Source: an uncultured Gemmatimonadaceae bacterium (GTDB taxonomy: Bacteria > Gemmatimonadota > Gemmatimonadetes > Gemmatimonadales > Gemmatimonadaceae). From it: a DNA stretch of 64,000 nt. Below are positions 22,008-33,765 of the stretch, piece by piece (positions within the stretch are counted from its first letter, which is position 1; every line of letters starts with the position of its first letter). The notes beneath the pieces were generated by a model. It was given only the letters and a program-made list of their open reading frames with translations. It was not told the DNA's origin and ran no database searches. Made by a program: the position numbers and the translations under genes. The stretch spans positions 192,001 through 256,000 of the forward strand of contig CAWFQK010000002.1 in the NCBI GenBank assembly GCA_963817955.1, given 5' to 3'.

Positions 22008-22243
22008 TCGGTCCGCCGTCCGCCGCGCCGGCGGTCGTCCCGTCGCCGATCATATCCTTCGCGTCCCCGCAGGGTGCGCCAGAGCGAGAATACGAACAGA
22101 GCCCCTATTATCCAATAAACCGGCGAAATGAGCGGCCGCGTCGCGGGCGCGAACTCTCCCACACTGTAAACGGCAGCTCCCGCGATCGCAAAGAAGACCA
22201 CCACACGAGTCAGTCGGAAGACCTGATGGCGGTTGATGGACAT
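22004..22243 (-). CDS. Small 2-TM hypothetical protein with C-terminal DRR repeats
   Basis: MSINRHQVFRL..., two hydrophobic helices, ends YDRRRDDRRRGGRRTD. Confidence 0.55.
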   Translation of the reverse strand: MSINRHQVFRLTRVVVFFAIAGAAVYSVGEFAPATRPLISPVYWIIGALFVFSLWRTLRGREGYDRRRDDRRRGGRRTD

Positions 22244-22360
22244 AATGGCGAAGCTGATAGGGTCCAGCCGAGCGAAACGCTCCGGCCTTTGTTCGGGACC
22301 AACCAACCCATCATGGGCGACTGACTTGCGCCTTCTGATCGGCTATTCTTCATCACGGTC

Positions 22361-24674
<2,314 letters not shown>

Positions 24675-24678
<4 letters not shown>

Positions 24679-26303
24679 TGGCGACTCAGACAACGCCGCA
24701 GGAGTACGCAGGTTTTCAGGGCAGGGTTGCGGTTGGAAGCCCAGGGACTGAACCCCCAGGGCGAGGTACACTGGAATCTCCTTGCGCCGGTCCTGATCCA
24801 GGACGCGATCCGCCGGGGTGAGGGCCAACTCGCCGACATGGGCCCCTTCTGTTGCGTGACCGCGCCGCACACCGGCCGTTCGCCGAACGACAAATTCCTC
24901 GTCAAGGAATCGTCGTCTCAGGCGGACGTGGACTGGGGCAAGGTCAACCAGCCGATCTCGGACGAAAAGTTCGAGCTGCTACTCGCCGACGTTCGCGAGT
25001 ACCTCGACACGCGCAACGAGCTGTTCGTGGAGGACCTCTACTGCGGTGCCGATCCGGCGTATCGTCTGTCGGTGCGCTATGTCTCGCCGAACGCGTGGCA
25101 GATGGCGTTCGTGCGCAACATGTTCATCCGTCCGGATGCACACCGAGTTGCCGACGTTTGATCCGAACTTCACGGTGCTGCACGTACCGGAGTTCGAAGC
25201 CACTCCGTCGAAACATGGCACGCGCACAGGCACGTTCATCGTGCTCAGTCTCGCCAAGCGCATGATTCTCATCGGCGGCACGCGGTACGCCGGCGAGTTG
25301 AAGAAGGCGATGTTCACGGTCATGAACTACTACATGCCGAAGACCGGCGTGCTGTCCATGCACTGCTCGGCGAATATCGGCCCCGCCGGCGATACGGCAC
25401 TCTTTTTCGGCCTGTCGGGCACGGGCAAGACGACGCTCTCGGCCGATCCCAAGCGTTCGCTCATCGGCGACGACGAGCATGGGTGGTCGCCGGAAGGCGT
25501 GTTCAACTTCGAAGGCGGATGCTACGCGAAGGTGATCAACCTGTCGCCCGAAGGTGAGCCCGACATCTATCGCACGACACAGATGTTCGGCACGATCCTG
25601 GAAAACGTCGTGCTCGACCCGACCACACGCAAGGTGAAGTTCGAGGATCAATCGATCACCGAGAACACGCGTGCGTCGTACCCGCTCAACTACATCCCGC
25701 ACCATGTGCCGATCGGGACGCGGCGGGCATCCGAAGAACATCGTATTCCTCACCGCCGACGCATTTGGCGTTCTGCCACCGATCGCCAAGCTCACGCGCG
25801 AACAAGCGATGTACTACTTCCTCTCGGGCTACACCGCCAAGGTGGCAGGCACCGAGCGGGGCGTGAAGGAGCCGCAGGCGACGTTCTCCTCTTGCTTCGG
25901 CGCCGTGTTCCTGGTGTGGCATGCAACGAAGTACGCGGAGATGCTCGGCAAACTGATCGACGAGCATGGCTCGGACGTCTGGCTCGTGAACACCGGTTGG
26001 ACGGGCGGCGCCTTCGGCGTCGGCACGCGGATGCGGTTGGCGTATACCCGGTCCATGGTGAATGCGCTCCTGCGTGGCGATCTCCGTTCGACCAAGTGCG
26101 TCACCGATCCAATCTTCGGGCTGCAGGTGCCAACGAAGATCGTCGACGTTCCACCGGACGTGCTCAACCCGCGCCACACGTGGGCGGACAAGGATGCGTA
26201 CGACACACAAGCCAAGAAGCTCGCGTCGATGTTCCGTGACAATTTCGCGAACTTCGAGAGCCACGTGCCGGAGAGCGTCAAGCTGGCCGGCCCGAAGGGT
26301 TGA
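24675..26303 (+). CDS. pckA: Phosphoenolpyruvate carboxykinase (ATP), frameshifted; start uncertain
   Basis: [66 protein letters not shown]. Confidence 0.95.
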
Positions 26304-26344
26304 CGAGACACGAGACACGAGACACGAGACACGAGACACGAGAC
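26303..26344 (+). repeat. Perfect tandem heptamer (ACGAGAC)x6
   Basis: Read directly; begins at the last base of the pckA stop codon. Confidence 0.95.
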
Positions 26345-26353
26345 GATGCGAAG

Positions 26354-26387
26354 AAGGCCGGAGCGAGGATGTCGCTCCGGCCTTTTT
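26354..26387 (+). terminator. Rho-independent terminator of maeB-pckA
   Basis: AAGGCCGGAGCGA-GGATG-TCGCTCCGGCCTT followed by TTT. Confidence 0.85.
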
Positions 26388-26487
26388 CGCGCCATGCGTG
26401 CCTTTGCGCCGCTGTTAATGACCTTCGCGAAGGTTCGCTGACACGGGACACGCAACGCACAACTCACAACTGGCAACTCGAACCTCG

Positions 26488-26550
26488 CCGACCGGCGGGC
26501 CGACCGCTACGGAGCAGCCAGCGACATCCGGCCGGTCAACACCCGGAGTC
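26488..26550. repeat. Dispersed intergenic repeat, copy 1 (42-bp identical core plus CCCGGAGTC)
   Basis: CCGACCGGCGGGCCGACCGCTACGGAGCAGCCAGCGACATCC at 26488-26529 is identical to 47495-47536. Confidence 0.9.
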
Positions 26551-26590
26551 CAATCCGCGCTGCACCGGCCGGCGAGAGTAGGGAAGGTCG

Positions 26591-27337
26591 CTAGCCCGTC
26601 GGAATCGACTGCCTCACCGCTTGGCGCTCGGCGACACGAACTGGCTCGATGGCGCCCGCGCCGAGTGCGAGGATCGGCGCTGCCTCGTTCAGTTGCTGCG
26701 GTTGGTTCGTCCCGGGATGCGCTGACTGCGGCGGGCGCTCGGCGAAGACCTTGGTCACGAAACGCTGGCCTTCGGCGATACGCTCGATTTCAATCGCGAT
26801 GGCGTCTACCGCATGCTCCAGGCGCTCCAGCCGTTGTGGCGTTTCGTCCGACGGAGCCGGCGCAACCTTCGGCGCGCCACGCCAGATACGCCGCGCATAC
26901 GCAATGGCAATCGGCAGCACTACGCAGATGATGACCGTGAACATCATGCCAACGACCATGTCCGGATCAACTTGTCGGGACCGAGGCATCGGGGGTGGCA
27001 TGAGCTGGCCGGCCGGTCCGATCTGACTCACCGGAATGTTCTGGCGAAAGCCGACCTGCGCCTTGGCATTCGACAGGCTCATCTCGGTCTGCAGGATCTG
27101 ATTGTCCAGATTGACCTTCTGGAGCTCGAGCCCCGACCGAACCACGCTGCCTTTCTGGGAAACATTGATCTGCCGCTGCAGGACCCTTCGCTGGGCCACG
27201 AGCCCGGCAAGTTGCTGCGAGAGGTCCGCCACTTGGGCCTGCAGCGCTTCGGTCGGCAGCGTGCCAGCAGGCCCCGGCGAGGGTAGCTGGGCCTTGGGAG
27301 GCGCGGGCAACGTCGGTGATTGCTGGGGATTCGGCAT
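26591..27337 (-). CDS. Hypothetical membrane protein (coiled coil, TM, coiled coil)
   Basis: AGGTGA RBS; single TM; RLERLEHAVDAIAIEIERIAEGQRFVTK C-terminal segment. Confidence 0.7.
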   Translation of the reverse strand: MPNPQQSPTLPAPPKAQLPSPGPAGTLPTEALQAQVADLSQQLAGLVAQRRVLQRQINVSQKGSVVRSGLELQKVNLDNQILQTEMSLSNAKAQVGFRQNIPVSQIGPAGQLMPPPMPRSRQVDPDMVVGMMFTVIICVVLPIAIAYARRIWRGAPKVAPAPSDETPQRLERLEHAVDAIAIEIERIAEGQRFVTKVFAERPPQSAHPGTNQPQQLNEAAPILALGAGAIEPVRVAERQAVRQSIPTG

Positions 27338-27427
27338 GAGTCACCTTACGCATTCGGGAGGGGGGAGGTTTCTTGGCGCTGACAGCCGTTCACGCGTTTC
27401 CGGCCACTGGCAGCTAACATTCGGCCC

Positions 27428-28705
27428 ATGTCCGTTGAAATAGTCAGGGACCCGCTCTGGAACAACATACGCCTCGATCCGCTCAGTTTCGAGCTGATCG
27501 ATACACCGGCGTTTCAGCGTCTGCGCTACGTGCGCCAGCTGGGGCTGGCGTTTCTCGTGTATCCGGGCGCTACGCATTCACGGTTCGAGCACGCCCTCGG
27601 AACGTATCACCTGGCTCGGCGGGCTCTCTCGCTGTTCGAGGAACATGAGGACTTCACCTCGATCGGCCGCGATGAATGCATGATCGTCCGCATCGCCGCC
27701 CTGCTGCACGACGTCGGGCACTACCCGTTCTCGCACGCGCTGGAAGAGATCGGCGCACAGCACCATGAAGACGTGGCGCGGCCGCTCATCTGCGGAGGCG
27801 AAGTGGCAACCATCCTGCGCCGCGAGCTGGGCGCCACGGCGCCGGAACGGATCGTCGCGCTCATCCGCGGCGAGAGCGACAGTCCGCTTCAGGGGCTGAT
27901 CTCCGGGTCGATCGACCTCGACAAGCTCGACTATTTGCGACGCGACGCATTCATGTGCGGCGTGAGCTACGGCGAGATCGACGTCGACCGACTGATGAAT
28001 GCCCTCACGCTGGTGCGCGACCCGGAGACTGGGCGCCTCGAAGTGGGTATGGTGGAAAAAGGGCTCTCGGCCCTCGAGTCGTTGTTGTTCGCCAAGTATC
28101 AGATGTATCGCAACGTGTACTGGCATCACGCCGTGCGCAGCGCGACGGCGATGTACAAACGGCTGGTGGCGGACGCCCTCGACGCCGGCGCGCTCGATGT
28201 ACAGGCCCTGGCGGCCTTCACCGACGAAGGCATCCTCGCCACACTCGGCCAACGATCGCCCACGGCCATGCTTCATGCACTCCGCGAACGGCGGTTGTAC
28301 AAACGGGCCTTCGAATGTCCGGCTGCGCTGCTCGCGCCCGACGCCGCGGAGTGGATTGCGGACGACCGGCCGCTGACGGTGGCGGTGGAGAACGCGCTCG
28401 CCACGGAGATCGGACTCGCACCGGGCGACGTGCTGCTCGACTATCCGACCAAGACGCAGATGCTCGGACTCGACCTGCTCGTGCAGCGGCCCTATGGCGA
28501 AGTGCGGCGACTGACCGCAGCGGGCTGGGAAGGCGCCATCAACCTGCCGAAGCTGTCGGAAGAGTTCTACCGGTCAGCGCGCTGGTTGCGCATGTACGCC
28601 ACGCCGAGAGTGGCCGTGGATCCAGCAAAAGTCATCCGGCTGGCGAGTCGGAGCGTGGACGACGTGAGAGACCGGCTCGCGACCGGGAAAGCACTGCTGG
28701 TATAG
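27428..28705 (+). CDS. HD-domain phosphohydrolase (SAMHD1/dNTPase-like family)
   Basis: FQRLRYVRQLG, YPGATHSRFEHALG, LLHDVGHYPFSH, DLDKLDYL.RD, MYRNVYWHH. Confidence 0.9.
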   Translation: MSVEIVRDPLWNNIRLDPLSFELIDTPAFQRLRYVRQLGLAFLVYPGATHSRFEHALGTYHLARRALSLFEEHEDFTSIGRDECMIVRIAALLHDVGHYPFSHALEEIGAQHHEDVARPLICGGEVATILRRELGATAPERIVALIRGESDSPLQGLISGSIDLDKLDYLRRDAFMCGVSYGEIDVDRLMNALTLVRDPETGRLEVGMVEKGLSALESLLFAKYQMYRNVYWHHAVRSATAMYKRLVADALDAGALDVQALAAFTDEGILATLGQRSPTAMLHALRERRLYKRAFECPAALLAPDAAEWIADDRPLTVAVENALATEIGLAPGDVLLDYPTKTQMLGLDLLVQRPYGEVRRLTAAGWEGAINLPKLSEEFYRSARWLRMYATPRVAVDPAKVIRLASRSVDDVRDRLATGKALLV

Positions 28706-28759
28706 CGTGCCACGGCCGGCGAAACGATTCGGGATCGTCGCGCCGGCCGCAGCCCTGCC

Positions 28760-31435
28760 CTACCGAATTGCCGCGTCTTTCCGGTAGTAATCTCCAAGCA
28801 GATGTTCGGCGAAATACTCGAACATCAAATGATTCGTGTACGGCGTCATATCCCCGTACGAGTGCGGCTTGCCCGGCAGCATCATGAAGTCGAATCGCTT
28901 GTTCGCCTTGATGAGGGCTTGCACGAGACGAATGGTATTGGCCGGGTGGACGTTGTTGTCCATGTCACCAGTCTCGAGGAGCAGGTTGCCCTTGAGATTG
29001 GCTGCCAGTTCCACCGTCGTCGGCACGCGAATCTGAAACGTGTCGACGCTGTCGTCGGCGGCGATCGAGCCATCGACGAGCGCGGACGCGCTCACTGCTC
29101 CGCCATTCCCGCCGCGGCCAGCGCCGTTCCCATTCCCGTCCCGCGGCCCGCCCGGCGCCGCGCCGGCCTGGACCACTCCCCCTCGGCCTGGCGCTTTCGC
29201 GACGATCTTCAGGCCGTGGTACTGCTCGCTCCAGTTCTCATTGTAAATATTGTTGTCATGATTTCCTGATTCGCTCACGCCCACCTTGAAGAACTCGTTG
29301 TAGGGCGGCAGCAGCATCGCCGTGGCGGTCAGGAACCCGCCGCCCGAGTGGCCGTAGATGCCGACGCGGTCGATGTCGATCCACTTGTGCCGCGCCGCGA
29401 GCTGCTCGATGCCGGTCTTCTTGTCGGCCAGGGCGTAGTCGCGAAGGTTGTAGTAGCTGAACCCCTGGTACTCCTGCGAGCGCTGCGGGCTTCCGCCACG
29501 GTTGCCGATCTGGATCACGATGAAGCCGAGCTGCGCGAGCTGCTGCGGCACCGCCGTCGGCGAGAAGGTGAAATTCACCGACTCCGTCTGCGGGCCCGGA
29601 TACACGTTGGCAATGATCGGGTACGTCTTCGTCGAATCGAAGTCGAATGGCCGCCACAGGTTGCCGTAGATGTCGGTGACGCCGTCCGCGGCCTTCGTGT
29701 GGAAGGTCTCCGGCGCACGCCAGCCGAGCTCCTTGAGGCGCGACACGTCCATGGTTTCCAGATCCATCACGATCTTGCCGGTCGCGTCGCGCAGCACGGC
29801 TTTCGGCACGAGATCGATCCGCGAATAGTTGTCCACCAGCCATCGCTTGTTGGACGAGAGCCGCGAATCGTGTGATGCGTCGCCGTTGTCGAGCATGGCG
29901 AAGCCGGTGCCGTCGAGATTCACGCGATACGTGTGCGTGTAGTACGGATTCTCGGCCGGCTCGCGTCCCACCGCCGTGAAGAACAACACGCCCTTGACCG
30001 AGTCGACGTCCACAATACGCTCGGCGCGCCACGCGCCGGCGGTCAACGGCCGCTTCAGATGGCCTGCGTTGTCGTAGAGGTAGTAATGGCCCCAGCCGGT
30101 ACGCTCCGACCACCAGATCATGTCGCCACCCGATTTCACGTAGCGGACATTCTGGCGTTCACTCGAGTTGTTCTCGATGTCCTCGCGCAGCAGCGCTGTC
30201 GTCGTCTGCGACGGCAACTCCACGTCGAGCAGCTCGAAATGACGCTGCGTCCGGTCGCGCCGGACCATGCGCAAATGATCGCTGCCCTTTCCGTTCCAGT
30301 GCAGGTCGAATAGCCGTTGGTCCTTCCACTTCTTGATGTTCACCGGCGTGAGCTTCGTCTCGCCGGCCTTGTACACGTACAGCTCTTCCTGCCCGACATT
30401 ATCCTCGCCAGGCATGGCGTAGCTGTAGCTCATCAGCTCCGGACGCGGGCTCGCCGTATTGTTGACGAGGTACAGCTCCTTCACCTTGCGCATGTCCATG
30501 CGCGTCACCGCGAATCCTTTGTTGTCGGGCGACCAGGTGACGCTGGCGCGTACCCGCGGATCGCGATTCACCGCCCCACGGCCCCCGCCACCACCGCCGC
30601 CGCCGCCCTGCTCATCCTGCAGGTTCTGTCCCTGCAGCGTGAGCTCCTGCTGCTGCCGCTCCTGGAGCGTATCGCGCGCGCCAAAGCTGTAGTTCTTCGC
30701 GCCGTCCTTCGTGAGTTGGACGGTGTCCTTCGTTGCCACTTTCACGACGTACAGGTTATGGTCGCGCGCAAACGCGAACATGCTGCTGTCCGGCGAATAG
30801 TTGTGGAAGTCATTGCCGCCGCGACCGCCGCCCTGGCCACCACCACCCCCGGCCGCACCGCCGCGTCCTCCGGCATTTCCGCCGCAGGTGTTGAGCGTGT
30901 CAGGCGGTGTGGCGGCCGCGGCACTATCGCCGTTCGCTGCCGCACCGCGACCTCCGCGTCCCGCACCTGTGGACGCCGGCCCCAGTCGCTTCAACACTTC
31001 GGTGCCAACATCCCACTGCCAACGCGAGCTGTCGGCCGTGAACGTGAAGTCCTTCCGATCCTTGGAGAATGTGATCGCGTTGAACGGCAGGTTCTGCGGA
31101 TCGTGCGAGTGGTGGCTCAGGTCGGAGAGTTGTGAAGCCAGCTTCACCTGATCGAACAGCGGCTTTTTCGTTTTCGTCGTCGGTACGACGAGATAGAACG
31201 TGGACCCGCTGTGATCCTTCCAGTCGTAGCAGAGCGAATCGCTCTGCCCCAGCCAGTGGGGGTTGACGGACGCGGTGTACAGCCGCGAGCGAAGGTTGGC
31301 CGCGGAGAATTTATCGGACAATTCCCAATTGGCCTTGTTCGCCTGCCCCTGCGCCAGAAGCGTGAGGGCGGGCAACGCCAGGAATACGGCTGCGACACGC
31401 AAGGCGCGTCCCGCCGCCGTCGATTGATGAGACAT
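28760..31435 (-). CDS. Secreted S9B dipeptidyl peptidase IV family protein
   Basis: Signal peptide, DPPIV N-terminal propeller, GIYGHSGGG nucleophile, DMDNNVHP, catalytic His in GKPH. Confidence 0.92.
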   Translation of the reverse strand: MSHQSTAAGRALRVAAVFLALPALTLLAQGQANKANWELSDKFSAANLRSRLYTASVNPHWLGQSDSLCYDWKDHSGSTFYLVVPTTKTKKPLFDQVKLASQLSDLSHHSHDPQNLPFNAITFSKDRKDFTFTADSSRWQWDVGTEVLKRLGPASTGAGRGGRGAAANGDSAAAATPPDTLNTCGGNAGGRGGAAGGGGGQGGGRGGNDFHNYSPDSSMFAFARDHNLYVVKVATKDTVQLTKDGAKNYSFGARDTLQERQQQELTLQGQNLQDEQGGGGGGGGGRGAVNRDPRVRASVTWSPDNKGFAVTRMDMRKVKELYLVNNTASPRPELMSYSYAMPGEDNVGQEELYVYKAGETKLTPVNIKKWKDQRLFDLHWNGKGSDHLRMVRRDRTQRHFELLDVELPSQTTTALLREDIENNSSERQNVRYVKSGGDMIWWSERTGWGHYYLYDNAGHLKRPLTAGAWRAERIVDVDSVKGVLFFTAVGREPAENPYYTHTYRVNLDGTGFAMLDNGDASHDSRLSSNKRWLVDNYSRIDLVPKAVLRDATGKIVMDLETMDVSRLKELGWRAPETFHTKAADGVTDIYGNLWRPFDFDSTKTYPIIANVYPGPQTESVNFTFSPTAVPQQLAQLGFIVIQIGNRGGSPQRSQEYQGFSYYNLRDYALADKKTGIEQLAARHKWIDIDRVGIYGHSGGGFLTATAMLLPPYNEFFKVGVSESGNHDNNIYNENWSEQYHGLKIVAKAPGRGGVVQAGAAPGGPRDGNGNGAGRGGNGGAVSASALVDGSIAADDSVDTFQIRVPTTVELAANLKGNLLLETGDMDNNVHPANTIRLVQALIKANKRFDFMMLPGKPHSYGDMTPYTNHLMFEYFAEHLLGDYYRKDAAIR

Positions 31436-31500
31436 GCAGAGCTCTCCCAACGAGGAGGTATGTGGAGGTGAGGGGGAGAGGAGAGGAGAGGAGAGGCAAG

Positions 31501-31530
31501 AGGGGCCCGCGCACTTCAGCGGCCCCTACA
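31501..31530 (-). repeat. GTAG-type REP-like palindrome
   Basis: Minus strand TGTAGGGGCCGC-TGAAGTGC-GCGGGCCCCT, next to a (GAGAG)n tract. Confidence 0.45.
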
Positions 31531-31573
31531 GATTTGCAGCACGGCACGGCTCGGCGGAAGGGCCAAGCGACGT

Positions 31574-32362
31574 TTAGCGTCGCGCTTCGATCTCTTGGGT
31601 CCGCGCCGTGGACGTTTCGTCCTCATCGGGGGCGATTTGAACCACGATCGCCGTGATGTTGTCGAGCCCGCCACGCCCGTTTGCCTCGGAAATGAGCGCG
31701 TGAACCTTGCGTTCCGGCTCGGCGCGCGACAAGAGCAGCATTTGCAGGCGGCGATCGTCCACCATACCGGTAAGCCCGTCACTGGCTACGAGGAACAGGT
31801 CGCCCAGCCGCACATCGCCCTGATAGACGTCGGGCTCCACCTCGGGGCTGGCGCCCACACAGCGTGTGATCACGTTGCTGTAGGGATGATACCGCGCCTG
31901 CTCCGGCGTGAGAAAGCCGGCGTCGACCTGCTCCTGCACGTAGGAGTGGTCCTTGGTGATCTGGTGCAGCGCGCCATCACGCAACAAGTACACACGCGAG
32001 TCGCCCACCTGTCCAATGAGGTACCTGGTGTGCGAGACGAGCAACACGGACGCCGTCGTGCCCATGCCTTGCTTGTCCGTCTCGGTGATCGTGCGGTCGT
32101 GAATGTTCCTGTTCGCCTTGCGCAGCGCATCCTTCACGCGCTCGGCAGCGCCGCGATCACCCAGATCGCGCACGCTGGCCAGCTCCAGCTCGATGATCTG
32201 GACTGCCATCTCGCTCGCAACCTCACCGGCGGCGTGCCCGCCCATGCCATCGGCGACGATGAACAACCCGCGATCGATGCCGGCGTTCACGGCATAGTTG
32301 TCTTCGTTCCCGGACCGGATCATGCCAACGTCAGTCCGCGCGGCGTGAAGCAGACGCACCAT
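31574..32362 (-). CDS. PP2C (Stp1/PrpC) Ser/Thr protein phosphatase
   Basis: RSGNEDN, VADGMGGHAAGEVAS, GMGTT, VGDSRVY, DHS, ASDGL, GGLDNIT. Confidence 0.95.
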   Translation of the reverse strand: MVRLLHAARTDVGMIRSGNEDNYAVNAGIDRGLFIVADGMGGHAAGEVASEMAVQIIELELASVRDLGDRGAAERVKDALRKANRNIHDRTITETDKQGMGTTASVLLVSHTRYLIGQVGDSRVYLLRDGALHQITKDHSYVQEQVDAGFLTPEQARYHPYSNVITRCVGASPEVEPDVYQGDVRLGDLFLVASDGLTGMVDDRRLQMLLLSRAEPERKVHALISEANGRGGLDNITAIVVQIAPDEDETSTARTQEIEARR

Positions 32363-33640
32363 TTAGCGATTCAGCAAGAAGAAGCCGGCCGTCGCTGCGA
32401 CGACCAGCACTACGACAATCCACACCCACGCGGGGAAGCCAGCTTTGGCGGACAACTGAACCGGCGACGTGCTCGCGACAATAGGCGCCGGCATCGCCAG
32501 GGTCTCGCGCAATTTCGAGCCATCCACGCTCGTGATGACGCGCGTCCCCATGGTAGTATCGGCACCGGCGCCATGCGGACGGAAGGCCATCGTCACGCCG
32601 CCAAAGCGTACATTTTGAGTGCCATCAAGCCGTCGCTCGGCAGTGATGCGCTGCCCGGCAACATAGGTACCGTTCGTTGAGCCGACGTCCACCAGATACC
32701 ATCCGTCATCGCGACGTTGGAGCTTGGCGTGCGTGTCCGAAACACTATCGTCGCTGATTGCGACGTCATTATGCGCGCCTCGACCGATGTGCGCGAGCGG
32801 CACGCAGATCTCGAAGATCTTGGCTTTGAACGGACCGTCGCTCGTGATCTCGAGCGTCGCAAACACCGGTCGCTCTTCGCCCACCGACGCGGTCGGCACG
32901 ACCGTGGCGGCCGGAACCACCGGCGCCGCTGCAGACGCGGGAGCCGGAGCAGGCTTCGTCGCGGCAGCGGGCTTGGCCACCGTAGCCACCGGAATGTCGG
33001 CGTAGAAACGGAGTTCCTCGGTACCGATCCGAATCACATCGGCGCGCGACAGCATTTGCGTCTTGTCGATGCGCATGCCGTTGACGAACACGCCATTGGC
33101 ACTGAGGTCGCGAATCTCATAACCGCCTGCGACTGGAGCGACTTGAGCATGATTGCGCGACACCTCGTTCTGCGCCACGACCACGCCGCAGCTCGCGTCA
33201 CGACCGATCGAGATTCCGTCGGCCGGTACACTGTATTCCTTGCCGTCGAAGAGTGACACGAGACGCCCACCAGTGGCCGCGGTGGCGCGCGCCGGTCCGG
33301 AGCGTTTTTGCTCCATGGCCGCCACCGTGGTCGCCGATACGAATTGCGTGGCGCCAGCCTTCGAATCCTCGGAGTACAGCAGCTCGCAGCCGCCGATTTC
33401 CACCTTGTCGCCGTGCATCAGCGGCGTCGGTTCGACGAGCGGAATGCCGTTCACCCGCACCGCGCCGGCATCGCCAGTGCGGCGGATGACCGCCCGTGTA
33501 TCATCTGTCACGTCCACGATCGCCTGGACCCCGAGCGCTGCATCGGCATCGACCCGGACATCGACGGCAGCGCCTGCACCCAGCCGATTCGGGCCGGGAC
33601 GCAAGGAATACCGCTGATCGTTGACCTGGATGACCGGCAT
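32363..33640 (-). CDS. Protein with three FHA domains and a C-terminal TM anchor
   Basis: IGR..S..HA..NG motifs twice, plus a degenerate first FHA; C-terminal hydrophobic helix. Confidence 0.85.
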   Translation of the reverse strand: MPVIQVNDQRYSLRPGPNRLGAGAAVDVRVDADAALGVQAIVDVTDDTRAVIRRTGDAGAVRVNGIPLVEPTPLMHGDKVEIGGCELLYSEDSKAGATQFVSATTVAAMEQKRSGPARATAATGGRLVSLFDGKEYSVPADGISIGRDASCGVVVAQNEVSRNHAQVAPVAGGYEIRDLSANGVFVNGMRIDKTQMLSRADVIRIGTEELRFYADIPVATVAKPAAATKPAPAPASAAAPVVPAATVVPTASVGEERPVFATLEITSDGPFKAKIFEICVPLAHIGRGAHNDVAISDDSVSDTHAKLQRRDDGWYLVDVGSTNGTYVAGQRITAERRLDGTQNVRFGGVTMAFRPHGAGADTTMGTRVITSVDGSKLRETLAMPAPIVASTSPVQLSAKAGFPAWVWIVVVLVVAATAGFFLLNR

Positions 33641-33765
33641 GTGAGTGCGCTAGCGCGACGGTCCGAATCGGGATACGGCAGCGCAGGCGAGCCTCGCGAC
33701 GCCGGCGTCGGGGAACGGAGTGACTCCGGCAGAAACTATCCCATCGCCCCTCTGGCTCGCAAGCG

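Noticed and set aside
26300..26581. [18 protein letters not shown]... and a possible CRISPR array
   Set aside because: It is the translation of a 7-nt tandem repeat that crosses a terminator; there are no spacers and no cas genes.
27428..28705. HD dNTPase as an antiphage nucleotide-depletion system
   Set aside because: It belongs to a widespread housekeeping-type HD family, and there is no defence-island context here.
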